From Okamejei kenojei (lineage: Eukaryota), in the NCBI GenBank assembly GCA_035221665.1, contig CM069162.1, positions 16,306,001 to 16,370,000 on the forward strand: a DNA stretch of 64,000 nt, given 5' to 3'. Position numbers and translations under genes: made by a program. This document shows, in pieces, positions 37,561-50,772 of this stretch; within the stretch, counting starts at the first letter, position 1, and each line of letters starts with the position of its first letter. The notes below the pieces were generated by a model. That model was given only the letters and a program-made list of their open reading frames with translations. It had not been told where the DNA came from and did not search any database.

Positions 37561-37704
37561 TAGGCACATAAACTGCTGATGTTGCTTTACAAAAAAAACA
37601 TGAATTGCAGGTCAGACAACATCTCTGTAGAAAGTAGGTAGGTAACCTTGGCTCAGGACTCTTGTTCAGAATGATTGTGGGAGGGGGGCGTGGGGGCTGC
37701 CCTC

Positions 37705-38665
37705 AAATTCACTTAACTAACTCTTACACCTCTCTTCCCTATCATGATCTCTCTGACTCCATCACAGGGTACAGATTATCCACTGACATCTACAACAAAC
37801 CTAGCGATTCCCAGTTATCTGGGCGACACCTCCTCCCATCCTGTCTCTTGCAAAGACGTTATCCCCTACTCTCAATTTCTCAGTGTCTGTCACTTCTATT
37901 CCCATGATAGGGCTTTCCCTTTTAGGATATCCGAGATGTCACCTTTCTTTGGTAAATGTGGTTTTCCCTTGCAGTCGAAGATGGATCCTTCACTCGCGTC
38001 TCCTTGGTATCCTGTAGTTCTGCTCTTGCTCCCCCTCCCTCCAGGCAGAACCAGGATAGAGTTCTCATGGTCCTCACCTTTCATCCCATCAACCTCCACA
38101 CACAACACACTATTCTCCGACATTCCCGTCACCTCGTTTGGTTCGCTCATATCTTCCAACCCAAACCAAACCCACCCCAGGTACTTTCCCCTGCAACCAC
38201 AGAAGATCTAACACCTGTCCCTATACCTCCTCCATAATCTCGATCCATGGACCCCTTCTAGGTACTTTCATGTGAGGGGGTAGAGGTTCATGTGCACCTC
38301 CTCTAAACTCATCTGTTGCATCCGGTGTTCCCGATGTGGCTTCCTGTACATTGGCAAGACCAAATGTTTTTGCTTCACCGAACACTTGTGCGCAGTCTGC
38401 CAAGGCCTATTGGACCTCCTGGTTGCTAACGATTTTAACTCCTCTTCCCATTCAAATACCAACCTTTCTGCCCTGGGCCTACACCTTTGGTAGAGGAACA
38501 GCACCTCATATTCTGCTTGGGTAGTTTACAACATAACAAACGGTATGAACATTGAATTCCCCGATTTTAACTACCAAGAAGGGTCCCGACCCAAAACAAC
38601 ACCTCTTTACGTTCTCCAGAGATGTCGTCTGACCCGCTGAATTTCTCCAGCACTTTGTGTTTTAC
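37705..38665 (+). mobile_element. Penelope-like element remnant (RT thumb to GIY-YIG, degenerate terminal repeat)
   Basis: STDIYNKP, SSHPVSCKDVIPYSQFL, LICCIRCSRCGFLYIGKT. Confidence 0.88.
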
Positions 38666-39089
38666 TAGGGGCTTATTTTGTTACAGTAAATATCTCGTGC
38701 ATTAGGAGTGATACAAAACATTTTTTTTTAATTGACGATGATAAAATAAATGGTGATGTGCAAAAGGGAACACACTCTTCCCTCATCCACTTATTTAGAT
38801 GTCTTCCATGGATTAAGAGTGCAAATGGAATCAGTGCTGAAAGAGGTCTTTATAATATCAGGTATTAAAATAATATTGTCAACATCGCTTTGTTGGGCTG
38901 CACCGCTCACAAGGGTTTGATTTTTTTTCAATGGGAACAAGTTTAACAGTAGACATTAGCCATTGATCTTATCTCTTATCTGAGAAAGCTCCAAGCTGTA
39001 AATTTGTTAAATGCCAGGCACTGGTATTTTTGGAGTACTTTGTAGCTCTTTAGCTTGTTTTAATATCTCGAACATTTGTGATCTAATAG

Positions 39090-39254
39090 GAAAAATGTAC
39101 GCTTGTCAGTACTGTGATGCAGTGTTTGCTCAGTCAATTGAATTGACCCGCCATGTGCGGACACACACTGGGGACAAGCCATATGTCTGCCGGGAATGTG
39201 GCAAAGGATTCAGCCAGGCCAATGGGCTGTCTATGCACTTGCGCTCCTTTCACA
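39090..39254 (+). CDS. ZBTB40: ZBTB40 coding exon 12 (two C2H2 fingers)
   Basis: aatag|GA; GKMYACQYCDAVFAQSIELTRHVRTHTGDKPYVCRECGKGFSQANGLSMHLRSFH; donor ACA|GTGAGT; phase 1-1. Confidence 0.95.
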
Positions 39255-42160
39255 GTGAGTATCATTCTAACAAAATCTTCAAGAGCTACTCTGCACTAAC
39301 ATAAAGTTTGAAACTAATGCACATTATTTCACAGCTCTCTTTCTCCATTGCGACTCTTAACAATGCAACAATAAATCAAAATGCCCTTGAATTTCACCTA
39401 ATACATTTCCTCTGCAGGTGTAATACTATATTTTGCACTCTGTTTGTTCTCTCTTTTGCACTATCTCATGGGTGGTATTATTTGTGTGGATATCAAAGTT
39501 TTTGCACTGTACTTTGGCACGTGACAAGAATAAACCAATGCCAATCCGGCACTGCAGGGCAGCAAGCAATTCAACTGAAGGAGTTAATCCTGCAATGTAT
39601 ACTTGAATTATATTTGCTGGCAGGATTTACCCAAGTTTATTATGAACCTTTAAAGAAAGTGAAGGAACATAGACTAGATGAAATATGCTAGGCAGCAGAA
39701 TCTGGTGACGATGGGAATAAAACAATCTAAATATTTGGATAGATACACAAAAGTGTGGGTGCATTTTACGGGAAAGGAAGGAAAGAGTTATATGGAATTT
39801 CAGATCTCAGGACGGCGCAGAAATCTTGGAGATCTTAAGTGGATACAGAGATAGAAAGGCCAAAGGCTTGAAATAATTTGTATATTATAGTATAGTATCA
39901 CATTATAGGCCTTAACTAAAGTATTGATTCACTATCGTCACGTGTAGCAAAATACTGTGGAAACATTTTGGTTGCTATCCAGTGAGATTGTACCATATTT
40001 TCAGCAAAAACTTAGCTTTGCAAAACCAAGTGGGTTTTGGAATAATGATGTCCAGAGATAAATATGGTGGGCAAAAGGTACAAGAGGTAGTAGATCTGAA
40101 TTGGGAGTATGAATAGAATACTCAGACCTTGAAGCAGGTTAAATGAGTGATCCTTTATTTTTGAACCATGACCCCCAGTTCTAAATTCTCCCATGAGAAG
40201 CATTCTTTCCTGATTGGCCCTGTCAATCAAGACAATCAAATCATCTGAATCAAAGCTGAAGAAGGGTCTCTACCCAAAACGTCATCCCCCTTCCTTCCCT
40301 CCAGAGATGCTGCCTGTCCTGCTGAGTTACTCCAGCTTTTTGTGTCTATCTGCAATCAAATAATCTGCTAGTTTTCTGAACTTATGAGGGTACAGATCTA
40401 GGCAATCCAATTTGTCCTCATAAAAGAACCGAAGTATTAGATTAAAAAGTTTCCTCTCTGTTAACATCCTTGATTAAATGATTTTTTAAGACTTAATGTG
40501 ATCTCATCTGTGGACAATGGAACTGAAGCATAACCTCTCTACTTTTGTGTTCAATTGCCCTTGCAATAAATATCTTTATGTAACCTTTCCTGATTACTTG
40601 CTATACCTGCATAATATCCTCCTGCAAATCTTGCAATAAGATCCCCTAGTCCCCACGCACTTTGTTTCCAGGCTTTCTGAACTTTAAATAATAGGCCTTT
40701 TTTATGCCAAAATGTACAATTTCTCTTTTTCGACATGTTATGTCAATTCCTGGTTAGTACAGGTGTCAGAGGTTATGGGGAGAAGGGAGAAGGCAAGAGA
40801 ATGGCATTGGGAGGGAGAGGTAGGTCAGCCATGATTGAATGGCGGAGTAGACTTGATGGGGCGAATGACCTAATTCTACTCCTATTCCTTATGACATTTT
40901 CTCCACTTGCTAGATCTTTTACCACTTGGAAAAATCCCTTTGTGGCCTCTTTATGCCCTTTTCACAACTTACTTCCCTTCCTATCTTTGCGTTAATAGCA
41001 AACTTACCAACCAATATTTTGCTTTGTTCATCCAAGTCACTTATGTGAATTGTAAGGCTCTAACTTGATGCCAGGGATACTATCTGGTTCTGACCCATGT
41101 GTGAACATGAAGTGATTAGTTGCAGATAAGGATAGAAAGTGACTTCACTCTCCAGTAATTCATTGTGGAATATCTTAGATCATCACCAGTGATGCCACCA
41201 AGTGGTATGTACACTATTGATCTAAAGGATGTGTCAGTGGTCAGCTAATTTCGGATTTCAACTACTTTTCACACATGGACCGAAAATTCAGGAGATTTAG
41301 AGAATTCAGTTGGGATCAAATCTGACAGTTCTATAATGTTTGGGGGTTTCAACAGTTCTGTGAATCTTCATCATTCTTCCATCCTAAGAAACCTAATGTG
41401 AAAAATCTCTATCTGGTAATGAAGTAAATATAGGCTAAGAGTAACTGATATTTGTTTCGAAGTTGCTACAAAAGTCAAAAGTAAAATGTAAAGACAGTCA
41501 CAGAGACTTCTGTTCCAATTTTGATTTTCCAAAAATGGACTTTTTAAAATTATTTTCTGGAGGTTACAGTAATGGATCAGAGATAGCTTATGAGTAAATA
41601 CAAGTGTTTTTGATGAAAAACTAAGTGTCTTGGAAATTGTACAGTCATGCACTGTATTATAAGAGTATAAGCATGATATTTTTTTCCATTCTTCCCTCAA
41701 ATTTGCAATATTGCTGTTAGAAACATCTGATAGAAGTATATTGGGTTGGACAGCTGAGTTCTTGCCCTGTTACTATTTTACTCCTTGTATGTTGCTAGTT
41801 TTGGGTGCATTCATCGAAAAAGCGGAACTTACTTTATAAAACCTGTTTATATGGATAATGTGCTTTATTATTGTAATTGTATGGGGATTACGTGTTGACT
41901 GAAGCAAATCATTAATTATATTGAAACTTCTTGCCTGAATGGTGAAACCAATGTGCTGGAAAAGTGATCCAACTGCTCAACTATTAACCCGCACAATCTC
42001 AAATTAAGAACCTGGAAGATGGATGGCACTTTGAGCAACTTCTTATTAACACTAACACTAGCTTGAAAATTAAGAAAATATTCCTAAAATGAGATGGTAT
42101 TACTTTGTTGGTGTTGGCAGTGAACTTGTGCAGATGAGATGTATTTTCTGATCTTTGCAG

Positions 42161-42375
42161 ATGTGGAAGACCCATATGACTGTCAGAAGTGCCGAATGAG
42201 TTTCCCATCTCTAGAAGAGCACAAGAAGCACATCCAGGAAGTGCATCCTCCCGAGTACAATCCCTGTGATGTTTGTGGCAAGAATTTTAGTGCACCATCA
42301 CTTCTCGAAAGACACATGGTCACACATGTTGGTGGAAAGCCATATAACTGTGAAATTTGTGACAAGGCTTATCAG
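42161..42375 (+). CDS. ZBTB40: ZBTB40 coding exon 13 (C2H2 fingers)
   Basis: ttgcag|AT; NVEDPYDCQKCRMSF...HVGGKPYNCEICDKAYQ; donor CAG|GTAGGA; phase 1-0. Confidence 0.95.
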
Positions 42376-43193
42376 GTAGGATTGTCGGATGCAGACTCAG
42401 AACCAGACATTGAACCATAGTCCAGAGTTTTGTATTTGGGTGTTGGTTTATAGTCAGTGATCATGTGATCTGGAATGTTACTGTAGATAAGAAACACTTA
42501 AAATAATCTGCATTCATGTCAATGTAAGATAGCTTTGTTCCAAATTGCCCTTATTTATCAGAAAATCCAAATCACTTCCATCAGATTTCCTCTGTTTCAG
42601 CTATGAAAATTGCTGCTCATAAATGCATTACTAAACTAAAATGTGCAGTTGGAGAGCTGATCCATCAGAAGGATTATGCTTGCCTGATACTGTATCTGTG
42701 TGAGTCAGAAAGGCAGCAGGTTTGATTCTTGTGTTGAGCCACTCTTTATTTGATTGGTGGTTTGCTTGGGAGATCGAACAAGGAAGGGCAAAAAATGGAC
42801 CAGTTTCCATTTTGGTTATCAGTGCCAAATCGTGCAGGTGAAAGCAGCAGATGCAAATTGCTTCCGTGATCGCTGACCATTTGGCCAGGTTCAGAAATGA
42901 AGAATGATCTTGTAGCTAAAGTAACAGAGATGTGCACTGCAGCAGTAATCATGCCATCATTAGAACAAAGGCAAGAAAGTGGGAAATGCAGTAAATAATA
43001 TCCTTTCAATATAACGTCGGAAATTCATATATGTAAAATTCATTAAGGCATTTAAAATTCAAAACGGAACATGGTTCAAAATGAAGGTGGAGGAGAGACC
43101 GCACTGGATCCTAGAGGGAAACACTGTAATTGTGCACCCATTAATAATCCTCAGCTTCCAAGTAATAAATACTTCCTATGATCTTTCATGCAG

Positions 43194-43356
43194 CAATTGT
43201 CTGGACTGTGGTATCACAATCGAACTCATCACCCTGACATCTTTGCAGCACAAAATCACCGCTCTCCAAAGTTTGCCACTCTGGCTTGCTCAGCTTGTGA
43301 AAAATCCTTTGCCAGTATAACAGCTCTGAACAAACACATGAAATCTGACCATTCAG
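43194..43356 (+). CDS. ZBTB40: ZBTB40 coding exon 14
   Basis: atgcag|CAA; QLSGLWYHNRTHHPDIFAAQNHRSPKFATLACSACEKSFASITALNKHMKSDHS; donor CAG|GTAACT; phase 0-1. Confidence 0.95.
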
Positions 43357-44628
43357 GTAACTGTAGCATGGACTCTAGTTCATAAGTCAGTAGTCTGCAT
43401 GGGACAAAAGAGCACGATTGATCTTTAGAATGTTTGTTTAGTTGCTGAAGAGAGTAATGATTTGATGATAATGCCTTAAACAATCGGGTAAAAGCACACC
43501 AGGTGAAGCAGCGATTAAGCTGTACTTTCTACATTTGATGCGGTCTCCTCTGCACTTAAGACACCAAATGCATATTAGATGACCAGTTTGCAGAAGACTT
43601 GCCACCTTCATTCTTAATTCCATTTCTACTCTAAACTGTGTCTGGATCCACTAATCCAATAAAATGCTATGTATACTTGAGGCACAATCACATTTTGTGC
43701 CAGAGTATCTATCACCATTGAGTTCAAGGCTTTAATGATCATCCTTTTCAGTTTGTATCAGAACTAGTTGGGTTAATTGGGAAGATGGTAAACCTGCAAC
43801 ATTCATTCTGTTTTTCTCTCCACACTACCTAACTCACTGTATATTTCCAGCATTCTTTTTTATCTCAGTTTTCCAGCATCTGCAGTGTTATATATTTCAT
43901 TGTTCCAGTCTTGTTTTTATTCTCATCTCTCATTCATCCTGTTCTATTTGCATCTTCTCCAGACAGGGGAAATAAGTGACCATCAATCACACTCTGTTGA
44001 CTCTACAGCCACATATTGCAAACTGTCTCCCTTGGGTCTACACCCTATTATGGAAATTCCCTTTAGTTTTCTTTGCTGCATATCTTTTCCTGTAATTATA
44101 CTTATGTTATACATACACTTTGTTGACTTCTGTCACAGTGGGAAACATTGATTCCTCTGTGGGGGGGTGTTTTTATGTTTTTTTAATATTTTATGTTAAA
44201 TTCTATAGCGATGTGTTTATCTTCGTGTGCTGCACGGTAACTCAAATTTCCCTGCACCAATTGATGTATGTGACAATAAATGTCCTTTGCCCTTTGCCTT
44301 GTTTGATTTCTAAATTTTCCTAGTTCTGATGAAAAGCCTCAGACCTAAAAATCTGTCCCTTTCTCTGCAATTGCAACCTGACTTGCTGATTATTTCCAGT
44401 ATTTTCTGTGCTGTGTTCCATGACTGTGAGAATTGATATATATTGAAATGCAGTTTCCACTTCTGCATTTGCCAGTCCATGATTTTTCTATCATTAAACT
44501 AAGTTCAATGTAGAATTCATCAGTGGTACCAATGTTAACTATTATCAGTTGTTAATATTTAATTCTAATGCTTATCTTCTTTTCTATTATTGTGATGTTG
44601 CACTTAATATTGCATTTAATTTTCTCAG

Positions 44629-44715
44629 ATATCAAGATGTTGGAGTGTGAAGAATGCAATGAGACTTTTGCTTCACAAGCGTTATTGCATGTACATACAA
44701 AGTCCAAACATTCAG
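44629..44715 (+). CDS. ZBTB40: ZBTB40 coding exon 15 (single C2H2 finger)
   Basis: ttctcag|AT; DIKMLECEECNETFASQALLHVHTKSKHS; donor CAG|GTACGT; 87 nt, phase 1-1; too short for the ORF track. Confidence 0.92.
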
Positions 44716-45962
44716 GTACGTTCAGGTAGGCTGGAAAGAGTCAATCCACCTGCAGAGCCAATTAACATCAAATGTTGAATTTTGTGATTCATTTGAACTA
44801 TCTACTTCTGATCGTCACTTATTACAAAAATAACTGAAATTTTAGGCTAACATATAAAACGTGAAATGAGATGTGCCACATTAAGAGACAAAATAACATT
44901 TATTGTACATTACTGAATATAGATGTAGTCCTACACATTTCCACGCTAGTATTATGGAATGAGCATTCGCAAGTAGTGTCTAATTTCCCACGCTTGACAT
45001 TTAAGAGTTTTAGTAATGAAAAAATACCATGCCATCATCAAATACCATACCATCATCCTTTTATTCAAAACTCCACTGGATGATCAATGTAAAACTGCAG
45101 AAGAAGGTCAGAGACTGGGTATTCTGCAGGGAATGGCTCTCCATGAGACTGCCTACATGGAATTAGTCACTGCTGTGACAGTATATTCTCCTCTCCCTCT
45201 GGACAAGTGCAATTCCAACACCACTGGAGAAGCACATCATTATTCGGGGTAGGTTTTTGCTTGGTTGACACTCCATTCACTACACTTTAAAAAAAACAAA
45301 AACAACTTTCTCTCCCATGAGTACACAATGGTCATCAACAAAAGAGATGCAGACATGTACTTCACCAAGGTAATTTCAACAAAATCTCTCCAACTCATAG
45401 CCTCTACCATCAAGAACAAGGTAGAGGACATGAGAGAACATAACCATTGTAGATTCTACTCCAATATCGTTGGATCTCATTCTTGGAACTTCCTATTCAT
45501 TTACACCGTGGAAGGATTTTCATCAGATCGATTGATGTGATTCAAGAAAGTAATTCACAGTCTTCAAAAGCATGAAGGGATGGGCATTGCTGTCCCTCAA
45601 TGTAAGCAAAAAAGTGGTTTATAAATCACTCGTTTATAAGATGCTCCCAAATGCTTTCCACCATCTCAATAAAGTAAGTCAGTGCGGTGATGGTATATTC
45701 TCCAGTTGTCCTGGGTGAGTGCAGCACCAACAGTTGAGAAGCTCAACATTAATCAGGGTAGATTTTTGCTCGATGATACTCCATCCACTACACTAAAAAC
45801 ATTTACTTTGCTGTTCCCAATGCAAATCTAGTAATATGCTCCAGTAAATGGCTATAACACGCACTTTGTGGATAAACAAATGGCGGCAGCTGTAGGAATT
45901 CGTGAGCAGGGTGTCACAAGATGACCATCCTCAGTTTCTCTGGTTTTCAGAATGTTTCATTG

Positions 45963-47260
45963 TCATAGAGTCACAGTGTGGAAACAGGCCCTTCGGCCCA
46001 ACATGCCCGCGTTTGGCCAATATCCCTCCAAACCCGTCCTAACTATGCACCTGTCTAACTGTTTCTTAAACGTTGGGATAGTACCTGCCTCAACGAACTC
46101 CACTGGCAGCTTGTTCCATACACCCAGCACCCTTTGAGTTAAAAAGTTACCCCTCAGATTCCTATTAAATCTTTTCCCCTTCATCTTCAAGGTTTCAAGG
46201 TCAGTTTATTGTCACATGTACCGATTAAGGTACAGTGAAGTTTGAGTTACCATGCAGTCATACTAAGCGAAAAGCAACAAGAAACACAACCACATAAAAG
46301 TTAACAGAAACATTCACCACAGTGGATTCCACATTCGTCACTGTGATGGTAGGCGATAAAGTTCAATCTTCTTCCTCTTTGTTCTCCCGCGTTCGGGGCA
46401 GTCACACCATCCGCAGTCGGGGTGATCAAAGCTCCCGCAACCGACGATCGAAGCCCCCGTCGGTGATATCGAAACTCCTGCGTCGGGGTGGTTGCAACTC
46501 TCTCCGAGGCTTGAAGCTCCCAAATCCGCCTCTCCTTACCAGAGACCGTGGGCTTCACGATGTTAATGTCCACAGACCCCTCGGTTGGAGCTTCGATCCC
46601 CGACAAAGAGATCCCAAGCTCCGCGATGTTAAAGTCCCGCAGACTCCCATGGCTTGGATCTCCGGGTCGTTCTCCAGGAAAGGCCGCCAACTCCAAGATG
46701 TTAGGCCGCAGTGGGGATGGAGATATGATACAGGAAAAAATTGCATCTCCGTCGAGGTAAGAGATCGAAAAAAAGTTTCCCCCAGCTCCCTCACCCCCAC
46801 ATAAAACAAACCAAGGAACGCTAAAACATAGTTTTAATACGTACTAAAAATAACAAAAAAGAAGAAAGGACAGACAGACTGTTGGCAAGGCAGCCACTGC
46901 TGATGACGCCACCCGGTGTTAAACCTATGTCCTCTGGGCAAGAGATTCTGTGCATCCACCCGATCTATCCTTCTCATGATTGTATACACCTCTATAAGAT
47001 CACCCCTCATCCTACTGCGCTCCAAGGAATAGAGTCCCAGCCTTCTCAGCCTCTCCCTGCAGCTCAGACCCTCTAGTCCTGGCAACACCCTCGTAAATCT
47101 TCTCTGTACCCTTTCCAGCTTGACAACATCTTTCCTTTAACATGGTGGACAGAACAGAATTGAATGCAATACTCTAAATGCAGCCTCACCAACGTCTTCT
47201 ACAACTGCAATATGACCTCCCAACGTCTGTACTCAATACTCTAACTGATGAAGGCCAATT
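45963..47260 (-). mobile_element. CR1 3' end interrupted by a ~730-bp GC-rich retroposed insert (about 46188-46918)
   Basis: Host peptide ...LPRGHRF / GKRFNRNLRGNFLTQRVLGVWNKLP is split. The insert has a tail TTTATTGTCACATGTACC like that at 4330-4350. Confidence 0.75.
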
Positions 47261-48057
47261 GTGATAATGCAGCATCATAGCCTCTGCTGAAAGCACTGAT
47301 GGTAATATTGACGGTTTATCGTTCCCACATGTTGTTTGAATCTTTGTACTGAAAGGATTGTTGAAGTCGTATGATACTGAAGGTGCCAAGAAACCTTTGA
47401 CGAACAATATCTATGGTGCCTAATACCTTACCTAATACTTCACATCTGAAGAAAGGTCTCAACCCGAAACGTCACCAATCTATGTTCTCCAGAGATGCTG
47501 CCTGACCTGCTGAGTTACTCCGGCACCTTGTGTCCTTTTGTGTATTAACTAGCATCTAAAGTTTTTGGATCTACACCTTGGTACACACATTTTTGCAGCA
47601 TATGTTTTTCGATAACAGAGATAACAGAATATTCTACAGTTCCACCTGGGTCTATTTCTTGTAATTTTCAAAGCAGTTCTACAAATTGAAAATCATAGTA
47701 ATCCCCACAAAAGGCTGCAAAACTGATGGATGGTCGTCAATCTGAAATGTTGATATTCTTTGTTTCCCCACAGAAGCTGTCTGGTTTCAGTGTTCATAGC
47801 TTTTTTTATTGTGTTGTAATTTCAGATTCCCACTGTCTTATAGTATTTGTATTAACAAAGCTGTTTGGAATATACAGCTTAAATAAAATGTATGATGCAG
47901 TTGCAACTTAATGGCACGTAAAGTGCAATTATTTAAATCAAATACGTGTTAACTTTTTTCCACAGGTTTTTATAAAAGGTAGACAGTTTAATTTGTTTCT
48001 TGTTGCTTTCAATTGTCTTTTATCAGCCTTGCAATAAATGTGGAATTTTCTTATTAG

Positions 48058-48275
48058 GTATCCATCCATTTAAATGTACATACTGCCCGTCAACATTCAG
48101 ATTTCCCGGAGCTTTGCAGCATCATTTGAGCACAGAACATTCAACTCAACAAACCAGCACTTTCCTGTGCGGGGATTGTGCTCAGCTGTTCGGTTCTCAG
48201 CAGGACTTGGAAGAGCATCAGGGGAGCAAGCATGCTAGAATCCTGTTTGCTAATGTTCAAGAGGCAGCCCAAATG
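48058..48275 (+). CDS. ZBTB40: ZBTB40 coding exon 16 (two C2H2 fingers)
   Basis: tattag|GT; GIHPFKCTYCPSTFRFPGALQHHLSTEH...CGDCAQLFGSQQDLEEHQGSKH; donor ATG|GTAAAT; phase 1-0. Confidence 0.94.
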
Positions 48276-50568
48276 GTAAATATTCAGACAAAAATATCTA
48301 TTAAATGTCTGCATTGTCATTGGCTCTCCCTCAGCTAGTTATCTGGTGATTATCCCTTTACTTTTATTTGGGAGCTTGCTGTGAGTGAATGGATTGCTAG
48401 ATTTCCTACATTACAAGCAGAATTACATTCAACAGTACTAGCTGATATGAATGAAGTAATGTAAGTGAAATCTTTTTTTATTATCTCTGCTTTCTGCCAA
48501 GGCTTTCAGACAAATTCCTTTTTTTCCTACCACTATATTCATCACATTTTTGGCTTTTATTTTAACCTGGTTGAAACTGTCTTATTGGACAATTTTTTTG
48601 GATTCCCATGACACTTGGAAATATTTTTTTCCCTATTTTGTCTGTAGATTTATTGGCAATTAGTTCTAATGCATGACCTCTAGTCACTGACCCATTTTCC
48701 AGAAGAAATTGTTTCCGTCCATAAACAGATCTGTATAATTAAGAAAAAAGCTTGATTTAATCTGTTTCTAGATGTAATTTTCCTAATCTTTATTTACAAC
48801 TGGCATATTTTATTTCTAATGATATCCTTATAAACCTCAGCTGTGCATTTGCAAAGAATTTACATATTTCCCAGATTTGTCGCTGAGGTTTGAGAAGTAG
48901 AAACAGGTGTAGGCCATTTTGTTCCCTCATCCGTGCTCTGCTATTCAAAAGAGCACGGCTATTCTTTTAGCTTTGCATTTCCCTGCATATTCCTTGGTTT
49001 CTTTGTTTCTGAAAATCGATTCATTCCTTCCTTGAATGTATTCAGTGAGTGGGAACCCATCACCTTTTTGATAGAGAATTGTAAAGATTAACCACTCTCT
49101 GGACAAAGAATTTCTTCTCAGTTCTGAATAGCAGGATGATTTTGGGACTAATAATCGCTGCTAGATCTGTAGCTGGGGGAAACTCAACTCTGAATCTGCC
49201 CTGTCTTAAGAATTTTGTTTTGTTTATAGAAATGACCTCCTATTTTCTGCATAGGTTTAGTTTGTACAATCTTTCCGCATGTCAAACCCAACTTCCCTTC
49301 AGTCAATATGGTGAAGCTGTGTTGGCCTCTGATCCAGCTGAGGACTAACTAGTTACATTTCACTCAAACTTTCAAAATGTTGTTAGTTATAGTTTATTAG
49401 TGCAGCAAAGGAGCATCGTTTCATGCATTTTTATACATTAAAGTCCATATGACATTCCTAAATCCACAATTATCCTCATTACCACCTGCCATTTTGCAAA
49501 CTTTAATGTAATCTGCAGACTTTTTAAACATTGCTCCCTACACCCATGTTTGGGTTATTTTCTAAAAACAAATAAAGCACTGATCTGATACCTGACCTTC
49601 GGCAAACGCCACCTCCCAACACACTCCTAAACAGCAACGTATAAAATAGGTGCAGGAGTAGGCCATTCTGGCATATTTTCTATGTTGCCAGCTCCGCTAT
49701 TCAGTATGATCATGGCTGATCATCCAAAATTAGTACCCCGTTCCTGCTTTTTCCCCATATGCCTTGATTCCTTTAGCCCTAAGAGCTAAATCTATTTCCG
49801 CTTGGTGCATGTTAATCTGATGAGAAGGCGGGTAATGAGATGAGATTGTGATTATGTGAAGCTCATGTAAGTATTTGGAGAGAGGAAGGGCTGAAAGTAA
49901 AGATAAATTGAAAAATGCATTTAAGGATATTTAATTTTAATATTTAATTTTTATGTACAGAAGTTGAAATTAATAAAAACTTAATATTTAACAAAATGTG
50001 TAAATATTTAGTAGCTGGGGTGGAGATGCCAAGATTAATGTTTCAGAGTTTATGTTCATTCTCTGATCCAGGTGGACATCATGATTCTGCTTTTCAAGAG
50101 AGTTAGATTTAGCTCTTAGGACTAAGGGTATCAAGGGATATGGGGAAAAAGCCATTACGGGGTACTGATTTTGGATGATCAGCCATGATCCTATTGCATG
50201 GCGGTGCTGGCTTGAAGGGCCGAATTGCCTACTCCTGCTCCCATTTTCTATGTTTCTATGACATTGAGTGAGTGGTACACCATAAGTTTATTTACGCAGA
50301 GTGGTGAGTGCCTGAAATATGCTGCCAGGGGTGGTGGTGGAAGCAGATACAATAATGGTATTTAACAGGATTTTATATAGTTCCATGGATATGGGGGGGG
50401 GGGGGGGGGGTTGGATCACGTGCATACAAGGGAGATTAGTTTTACTGGACATCATGTGTGGCACACACATTGTGAGACGAAGGGCCGTCTCCTGTGCGAT
50501 ACTGATCTATATTGTACTCTTATAAATTGAATTTGTCATAATGTATTTTTGTTTTGTTTTAAATGTAG

Positions 50569-50772
50569 GTTATCCAAGCAACTGAACAATTGACAGCCAC
50601 CCAGCAGGTCATTTCTCTGGAGGAAACTCACCTGGCTGGTGTTGGATCGCAGGTATTTGTGGCATTGCCCGATTCTCAAAATGGTTCCTCAGGACATCAT
50701 GAAGTTGTGGCTGTTAATGTGGATGACCTATTGGATGGGACTGTGACACTGATCTGTGGAGAGACCCCATGA
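50569..50772 (+). CDS. ZBTB40: ZBTB40 last coding exon
   Basis: atgtag|GTT; VIQATEQLTATQQVISLEETHLAGVGSQVFVALPDS...VNVDDLLDGTVTLICGETP, then TGA. Confidence 0.94.
   Translation, partial: VIQATEQLTATQQVISLEETHLAGVGSQVFVALPDSQNGSSGHHEVVAVNVDDLLDGTVTLICGETP

Larger units (their letters stand above)
6895..50772 (+). other. ZBTB40: ZBTB40 gene, coding span (17 coding exons, 1250 aa)
   Basis: N-terminus MELPNYSGQLMQQLYTLRKEEQFCDC (BTB), fingers such as CQYCDAVFAQSIELTRHVRTH and QLSGLWYHNRTHHPD, and C-terminus DLLDGTVTLICGE match ZBTB40 as I recall it. Exon lengths 760+134+199+140+193+137+199+137+172+423+207+165+215+163+87+218+204 = 3753 nt, with matching phases at every junction. Confidence 0.95.

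Noticed and set aside
44721-44730. Second donor TTCAG|GTAGG 10 nt after exon 15
   Set aside because: Its use would shift the frame; the upstream donor fits phase 1 and the finger linker.
46301-46809. Overlapping 130-160 aa ORFs
   Set aside because: Inside a GC-rich retroposed insert that splits a CR1; no domain or splice-phase support.
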